The notes below the pieces were generated by a model. It had not been told where the DNA came from. It saw nothing but the letters and a program-made list of their open reading frames with translations, and searched no databases. A stretch of DNA of 64,000 bases from Octopus vulgaris (Eukaryota), in the NCBI GenBank assembly GCA_951406725.2, contig OX597815.1, positions 193,254,001 through 193,318,000 of the forward strand. The letters run 5' to 3'. A program made the position numbers and the translations under genes. Shown here in pieces: positions 54,425 to 64,000 of this stretch (positions are counted from its first letter, which is position 1; every line of letters starts with the position of its first letter).

Positions 54425-55372
54425 GATTTATAGGATCATGCTCAAAGTGGTTTCGTCATCCGCGCGTACCATCCTTGCTACATTCACCCGTTTTTATTGA
54501 ATCATTCATGAGACAAAACTTACCTCTCTATTCTCACATTATTTTCAAGTGTTACTTAAAAAAGTTGACGAGCGATTGACCAGAGAGGAATGTGTTTGTC
54601 CCTAAATCTTTCGCTCGAGTCCACCACACATATTCGTTCACCATGGCCACTAGTACGATGAAAACTGCCTTAAGGGAAGGTAGAGTACAATTTTCACGAT
54701 AGACTCGGCCGACAACCGAATTCGTCCCACATGTGACAGCAGCCTTTCGGCATAAGGCCACAGGTCGTTACTGTTGGACACTGCACGAGTGCGTGCAGAA
54801 TGGTTTCGTCGCTCTGACCGCATCTCGGGCAAGTCGGTCCGGTGTATCTCGAACCGTGCCTGGAGAGCTTATCCCGAACGAGCAATGCTTCTCGATAGCA
54901 CTGCCAGGCTAGGGATCTCTGCTGATTGTCCATTGGTCCCGGCCTGAAAGTTGTCCTGAACAGGCAGGTCGAGTGTTCCTCGTCGACGCCCAGGTTCTGC
55001 CCGAGAACGTCATCGCACCTCTCCTCCACTAATCCCCTTTAGAACTCCTTCGTCGAATTAAAGTCGCACAAGTTTGGTCCTGGACGGCAGAGTTGCTTCA
55101 GAGCAAGGCGGTACTCGTGGTGCCATTCGCCTAGCATCGGTCTCTGTTTGATCCACGACTGCAGTTCGGCAAAAAAGGGACGAGCTGCGGGAAAGCGCGC
55201 CTGACCAACGGCGACCGCACTTGTTCACCGTCGTCTATGTAGCGCCGGAGGTGTCGCAGTCTCAGCGGATGTCTGTGCATCATCAACCACGTTCTTCTTT
55301 GTGCGTTCAAGGGAAACGACGTTCTTTTCAGCATCCCTCACCTCTGGCTTTGAAAGAGGCAGGAAGTTAATG
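54421..55372 (-). mobile_element. Older Tx1-type LINE ORF2 fragment
   Basis: SLAWQCYREALLVRDKL..TCPRCGQSDETILHALVQC (zf-RVT-like CCHC). Confidence 0.85.
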
Positions 55373-55620
55373 AGAGACTTGCTGGCTTCCTCGTTTGATT
55401 TAGTCATTTTCGTTTAGAAGGTGGCAAAGAAAACCGAAGAAAATCTTTTAAATTTTGGAAATTCATCTGCAGGGGTGGGGAATTTCCTGTTAAATGATTT
55501 TACTTAGGTTGAAGGAGAAGATGTTAAACATCTCTTTCACAAAAAATATGCAACAACAAACAGTTATTTCTACACAAGTAAAGCCAACTTACTTGAAGCC
55601 GATCTGTCAACAGTTCATTC

Positions 55621-55684
<64 letters not shown>

Positions 55685-55720
55685 GAATGGATGGATGGAT
55701 GGATAGATGTATGGATAGAG

Positions 55721-55767
<47 letters not shown>

Positions 55768-55768
55768 G

Positions 55769-55832
<64 letters not shown>

Positions 55833-55898
55833 GCATGGATGGATGAATGGGTAGATGGATGGATAGAGAGAGAGATAGATATATATATATATATATAT

Positions 55899-55930
<32 letters not shown>

Positions 55931-55936
55931 TTAGAT

Positions 55937-57043
55937 ATGTTTCTTTATTAGCCACACAGGGCTGCACACAGATAGAACAAATTACAAGGTAGAGCTTTTC
56001 TTTTGAAGATTTAAAAAAAAAAAAAAAAAGGAAGGGGGAGTTTCGATCAAAAGGGATCGTAAAAGGAGAGAAAGAGGACAAAAAAAGGGGGTTAAAAAAA
56101 AAGGGGGAGAGGAAGAAAAAAAAAAAAAAAATTGATCAATAGGGATCGTTATCACAGAAATGTCAATATGAAGTGTAAAGGGGAGGACAGGTGAGGTTTA
56201 CCCGTGGAAAGAAAAGCCTACGGAAAAGACCACGGTAACCTCGGTCAATGGAGTCACATGTTATATTTCTTTTTTTTTTTTTTTTGCAAATAAGCAACTC
56301 TCTGTTTTCAATTTCTGGGTTCATAGGATCATGCTCAAGGTGGCTTCGTCATTCATACGTGCCATTCTTGCTACATTCACCCATCTTTTTTTAAAACATT
56401 CGCTAGACAAAACTTGCCCCTCTACTCTCACTTTCCTTTTCAAGTGGTACTTGAAGAAGTTGATGAGAGATTGACCAGAGAGGAAAGTGTTTGTCTCCAA
56501 TCCTTTCAGACGCGTCCACCAGATACATTCTTTCGCCATAGCCACAAGGATGATGAAAATAGCTCTTCCTTCCCGTTTGAAGGAGGGAGGCGTGACAATA
56601 TTAACGATAGACTCAGCTGATAAACCGACTCGTCCCACACGTGACAGCAGTTGTTCGACACAAGCCCACAGGTCGGAAATTGTTGGACACTGCACGAGTG
56701 CGTGCAGAACGGTTTCGTCGCTCTGACCGCATCTCGGGCAGGTCGGCCCCGTGTTTCTCGAGCCGTGTCTGTAGAGCTTATCCCGAACGGGTAGCGCTTC
56801 TCGGTAGCACTGCCAGGCCAGGGATCTCTGGAAGTTGTCCATGGGCCCTGGCCCGAAAGTCGTCCTGAACAGGCGGGTCAGGTACTCCTCGTCGACGTCC
56901 AGGTTCGCCCCGAGCTCGTCGTCGTACCTCCCCTCCACTAAACCCCTATAGAATGCTTTGGTTGTATTGAAGTCACTCAAGGTCGACCCAGGACGGCAGA
57001 GTTGCTTGAGAGCAACGCGACACTCGCGGTGCCATTCGCCCAC
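55937..57043 (-). mobile_element. Young Tx1-type LINE 3' end with intact 240-aa frame, between (GATA)n arrays
   Basis: ORF 56321..57043 with CPRC..ETVLHALVQC; both junctions run directly into GATA repeats. Confidence 0.9.
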
Positions 57044-57121
<78 letters not shown>

Positions 57122-57122
<1 letters not shown>

Positions 57123-58810
57123 CATGTTTCTTTATTAGCCGCAAAGAGCCGAACACAGAGGGGACAAAATACAATCTAGAGCTTTTCTTTCTGAAAAAGA
57201 AAACATAATGAAAAGAAAATTCCGATCAGTAGGGATCGTAAAAAAAATGCCGATCGAAAGGGGGCATGTATCACAGAAAATATTGTAAATGTTACAAAAA
57301 GGAAAAACAGATTAGGTGTATCCGAGGAAAGAAAAGCCTACTGAAAAGACCCCGGTAACCTCGGGCAAAAATGTCCTACAAAAGCACATTACAGTAGGTG
57401 ACTCACTTTTTGTTTTCTTTCTTTTTCTGGTTCATAGGATTATACTCAAGGTGGCTTCTCATTCACACGTGCCATCCTTTCTACATTCACCAATCTTTTA
57501 TTAAAACATTTGCTAGACAAAACTCCCATCTCTACTCTCACCTTCCTTTTCAAATGATACTTGAAGTTGATGAGAGGTTGACCAGAGAGGAAAGTGTTTG
57601 TCTCTAGGCCTTTCAGACGCGTCCACCATACACATTCTTTCGCCATAGCCACAAGTACGATGAAAATGGCTCTTTCTTCCCGTTTGAAGGAAGGAAGCTC
57701 GACAGTATTGATGATAGACTTGGCTGATAAACCGACTCGTCCCACAGGCGATAGCAGTTGTTCGACATAGGCTCACAGGTCGGAAATGATTGGACACTGC
57801 ACGAGTGCGTGAAGAACGGTTTCATCGCTCTGACGGCATCTCGGGTAGGTCGGCCCGGTGTTTCTCGAGCCATGCCTGTAGAACTTATCCCAACCGGGTA
57901 GCACTTCACGATAGCACTGTCAGGCCAGAGACCTCTGGAAGTTGTCCATAGGTCCCGGCCCGAAAGTCGACTTGAACAGGCGGGTCAGGTATAACTCGTC
58001 GACGCCCAGGATCGTCCCGAGATCGTCGTCATATCCCCCCTCCACTAATCCCTATAGAAGGCTTTCGTGGTGATGCAGTCGCTCAAGGTCGACCCAGGAT
58101 GGCATAGTTGCTCGAGAGCAACGCGACACTCGCGGTGCCATTCGCCCTTCCTCGGCCTGTTTTTGATCCACGACTGCATTTCGGTCATGAAGACGAGCTG
58201 CGGTAAAGCGCGCCTCACAAACGGTGACCACACCTGTTCACCGTCGTCGACGTAGAGCGGGAGATGTTGCAGTCTCAGTGCGTGTCTGCGCATCATCAAC
58301 CACGGCATGCCCTGCCTTCCTTTTGACGGGCGTTGGCAGCAAACGGATCGCTGACCATCGGTACACTTCATTTCCACAAAAAGCAGAAGAGGATGCGTTC
58401 CAGTTTGGTGATGGTAAAATCGGGACAAGGCACGACGGTCATGTGGTTGTAGATGACGAACGTGATGTACGCGTTCGCCACCTCCGCCTGACCTTTTAGG
58501 ATAGCTTCCTCTCGGCCCATTGCCGGACGAGAGGAGCCACCCTACTCGTTATCTCATCCCAGTTCTTCTCCGTTTGGAGGTCCGGACTAAACCAGACTCC
58601 GAGAAACTGCACCGTACCGTAGGTCCAGCATCCCACGACGGATGCGCTGCTGGACGGCATGGGCTTGCTTCTCCAGGTGCCGGGCCGCAAACCTACTAAC
58701 TTTTCGCCATTGATTTTCGCGCCTGTTACAGCTTCGTAGCCTCTTAGTGTCTCGTCGACCAGCTCGATGTGGTCGTGGCTAGACACTATGACGGTGACGT
58801 CGTCCACGTA
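57122..58810 (-). mobile_element. Tx1-type LINE, RT to 3' end, frameshifted, between (GATA)n arrays
   Basis: YVDDVTV, YEAVTGAKIN..K, FLGVWF..NW, zinc finger; GATA repeats at both ends. Confidence 0.88.
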
Positions 58811-58856
58811 GATAGTTAGTTAGATAGATGAATTGATAGCTAGATTGATAGATAAT

Positions 58857-58931
<75 letters not shown>

Positions 58932-59184
58932 CGGTAGGTAGAAAGTACCAGGTATAGTACCACTAAGCTAAATAATACCCTGAGAACAAGCATCGTCAAA
59001 CTTAAAGGTAATTCGAATGTGATAACATTTTATAAACACACTTTGGAAGCGCTAGATGTGGTTGCTATTTTGCAGACAAGAAAATAATGATTTTATAGTA
59101 CTTCAATGGTTTTATTTCCAATGTGCGTTTCGTACAATTAGATGTTTCATGTGCTCGACAACAATCATCATAGTTAACTATAGC

Positions 59185-59385
59185 TTATTATCTTACGTAT
59201 CAACACACAATCTGAGGAACGTGGACACATACGACATCATCCACCAAAACATGCCCCTCCTTATAAATAACCTACGAATGAAAAAGTTACTGGAAACACA
59301 TAGCATTATTAAAAGCAAAAGACAACCACAATCAATTAAAAAATTGCTAACCAGCGCCAAATTACCCACCAAAAATACTATTCAA
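59185..59385 (+). mobile_element. Penelope-like linker fragment
   Basis: YVSTHNLRN...IKSKRQPQSIKKLLTSAK, homologous to 45550-45690. Confidence 0.65.
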
Positions 59386-59562
59386 GTTATACCCCCAATT
59401 CTAACCAACTTTCTTGAAACATCACTTTTTATGTATCCCCAAACTATTAGATTCTTCCTTCTAGACTTCACTGTTTTTGTCATGTAACGTGGGTCGTTTC
59501 GTTTTCCTGGGGGACCTTCTGACAAATTCTCCTTTATTAAAAACCGAAACGAACTGTATATA

Positions 59563-59956
59563 TCTATATATATAAAAGTGAGGTTGTGTGGTGTCTGTCT
59601 CCTACGATTTAGATTCCTAACTACTCCCACATTTTGCGGTGCAGTTTAACCAAAAGCGGGTATTTTATAGTCGTGATTCATATCGGGCCCTTCTGGGTAT
59701 TAGCGCGCGTCTACGATGAGTCTACGATTTAAAAAAAATTTACCATCATTTTTTCCCATTTTTAATGCATTTTTGGCATATATAAGGGAAGTAAGTCTCT
59801 AAAAATGTATTATTAAATCTCAGAACGTAAAAAGCTACAGTAACAACCCGCTTTGTGGTTAGCCATATTAAGATGGCTATTATACTTTACATCTCTAAAA
59901 ATGCTTATATAGTTATTTCCCTTACAAACCCGAGCAACGCCGGGCGATACTGCTAG
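59563..59956 (+). mobile_element. Non-autonomous Helitron
   Basis: A|TC start, CCCGAGCAACGCCGGG hairpin, CTAG|T end. Confidence 0.85.
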
Positions 59957-59994
<38 letters not shown>

Positions 59995-60072
59995 TATACA
60001 CGGTAACTGTTAGACCTTATGGAGAATCTGACAACCTCATACATACATACATACACACACATACACACACAT

Positions 60073-60139
<67 letters not shown>

Positions 60140-60142
<3 letters not shown>

Positions 60143-61130
60143 TAAGAACAATCTTACTTAGAAAGGGATGCGTGCGTTCCGTCATATAATATATTAATAG
60201 ATAAAACATATGCATATATATATATACATATATGCACGTACCTACCTCTACATGTATACACGCATATATGAGTACAGGACACCAAAAAAAAAATGTCGAA
60301 CACAAAGAGAAACGAAAACATAGACACAAACCCAAGGAACTGGACATTTTTCTTAAACAACAAAAAAATAGAGTACAGGACAAATAAAACAAGGAAAAAA
60401 ACCCTTCTTCAGTCGCCATGGTTTCATCTACTCTACGTTTCGAAGGTGAAGGCGAGACGTATCTTCGATAGAAACTTTCCTTCCTGCGAAAAGCAAATCA
60501 AATAAAATTTGAGATCCTTTTGCCCGAGGGGTAAAAATGGTAACAAAAACAGGACAGTAACGACAGTACAAAATATAAGCAGTAAAAGACAGGACAAGGA
60601 AAATAAGAAGACAAGAAGGGCTGTTAAGCCGAACGAAAAAAAGTATTACGAACGCTGTTCCTGTGAACGGCGAAGGGAGCAAAGAAGATTGCCGTCCACA
60701 CCTCAAGAAGGTCAGGCGAGAAAGAAGGTCAAGCAAGGCTCTCGTCGCGGGTTAACGGCGGGAGGGAGGAGGAGGAGTAAGAGAAAGGGAGAGAAGAAAG
60801 GGGAATGGTTGTGAGGAAACCAGAAAGAATGAAGAATGAGAGAGAGGGAGAGACAGTTAAGTAAAAGAAAAGGAAATCAAAGAAAGAAGGCAGAGAAAGG
60901 GAGGGGACAGAAAGGTTAAGAGTGCGCATCAAAATTAATATCAAGATCAATCTTACTTAGAAAGGGATGCGTGCGTTCTGTCATATAATATATTAATAAA
61001 TAAAACATATGCATATATATATATACATATATGTACGTACCTATCTCTACATGTATATATACACGCATATATGCGTGTATATATACATATAGAGGTAGGT
61101 ACGTACATATGTGTATATATATATGCATAT
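60140..61130. mobile_element. ~800-bp non-coding unit bounded by ~110-bp direct repeats; probable Penelope-type pLTR tandem
   Basis: caatcttacttagaaagggatgcgtgcgtt... at 60149 and 60948; minus strand carries gaaga...gaaacgta; (TA)n flanks. Confidence 0.55.
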
Positions 61131-61158
61131 GTTTTATTTATATATATATATATTTATT

Positions 61159-62989
<1,831 letters not shown>

Positions 62990-63529
62990 ATATATGAGAG
63001 AGATTGGAAAATATCCATGGTGACAGGTAAGCCTACGTAAGTGTTTTGGAAGGCCCGTAGTTCAACATTCGATTCGATAATAATACGTGTGAGGAGTCTA
63101 ATGCGGCTCTTGTGTGGAATTTTCAGGACATTTATAAAGAGAAAATTTGTCTTACAGCTGTTTCTGGGGTATTATGGATATGCCTTCATCAAAGATGATG
63201 TGAGATGGGGAAATAGAGGGAAATACTAGAGTCCAATATTAGAAGTTATATTGGATAAGGATGGAAATAAGTAGAATGCGAAAATAAGAGAATAAAAGTA
63301 AAAATAAAAATATATGTTGCATGTTATGGTTGCAGTTCCACTATCCAAAGACAGTTGTGTGTAGAAGTGGTACACATACTTCTTGTCCATGGTATGTATA
63401 TTTCGATAAATAAGAGTTCCAAGTTTATCATTACAAATGGAATGTGTGGATACGTAGATTCCATGTGCTATTCGTTCGAAGCGGTCCGATAGTGTGAGTG
63501 AAATTTTGAGAAAGTAGTGGTAGTATTAA

Positions 63530-63629
63530 GTAGATAGAGAGGAGAGAAAAGATGTGAATACTAAAATGAGGAGAATGGTGAAAAGGAATAGGTGAGAAAA
63601 GAAGAAAGAAAGAAAGAAAAAAAGAAAAA

Positions 63630-63660
<31 letters not shown>

Positions 63661-63860
63661 GAAGAAAGAGGAAGATGAAAGGGAAAAAGAAGTGTTAGTT
63701 CGTGGTGAAGATATTATGCGGAGGATGGGAAAGAAGAAGGAGAGGGATAGGAAAAGATAAGAATGTAAAGAATGAATATGTGTGGAGAGTAAGGTAGAGA
63801 GATGAGTACAGAAAATGGCACAGTGGGATGAGGACTATTGAAGTGAGGAGTAAACCTCAA
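63530..63860. repeat. Purine-rich low-complexity tract with (GAAA)n
   Basis: Direct inspection. Confidence 0.7.
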
Positions 63861-64000
63861 AAAGGAAGGAAAAATAAGATATAATGGTCAAGTTTCCATG
63901 AATAGACGGAGGTGTTTATTGTACTGCCTAATGTGATAGTGGGGCTGAGTAATCAGAGAGAAGAATAGAGCAGTGTATAATAATATATGCACGCACGCAT

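Noticed and set aside
60509-60814. Basic Arg/Lys-rich ORF (protamine-like)
   Set aside because: Product of purine-rich repeat sequence with a TTG start and no splice or promoter support.
63000-63520. Possible coding or TE remnant at the window end (likewise 12960-14230 and 19700-20400)
   Set aside because: No recognisable motif or consistent frame; left unassigned.

Overview
AT-rich, microsatellite-dense eukaryotic DNA. The SINE, LINE and Penelope families look like an octopus (coleoid cephalopod) genome; this is recognition, not a database result. Nearly all ORFs in the track are microsatellite noise or TE fragments, and it misses the real host genes. By hand I assembled a four-exon CD225/dispanin (IFITM/PRRT1-like) gene on +: TATA/Inr at ~22475-22508, CDS exons 22619-22628, 28023-28237, 43375-43482, 51591-51725, 155 aa, all GT-AG phases compatible. 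The last exon of a tandem paralog lies at 4303-4461, and the two genes share ~2.7 kb of diverged flank. The rest is TEs: Penelope-like elements with inverted pLTRs and hammerhead ribozyme motifs in (TA)n, R4/Dong-type RLE LINEs in (TAA)n, Tx1-type LINEs in (GATA)n, CR1/L2 and RTE fragments, a decayed Gypsy pol, a DD34E Tc1 transposon, non-autonomous Helitrons, TTAGGG-carrying TIR elements and many tRNA-derived SINEs. All coordinates were read by eye and TE boundaries are approximate.
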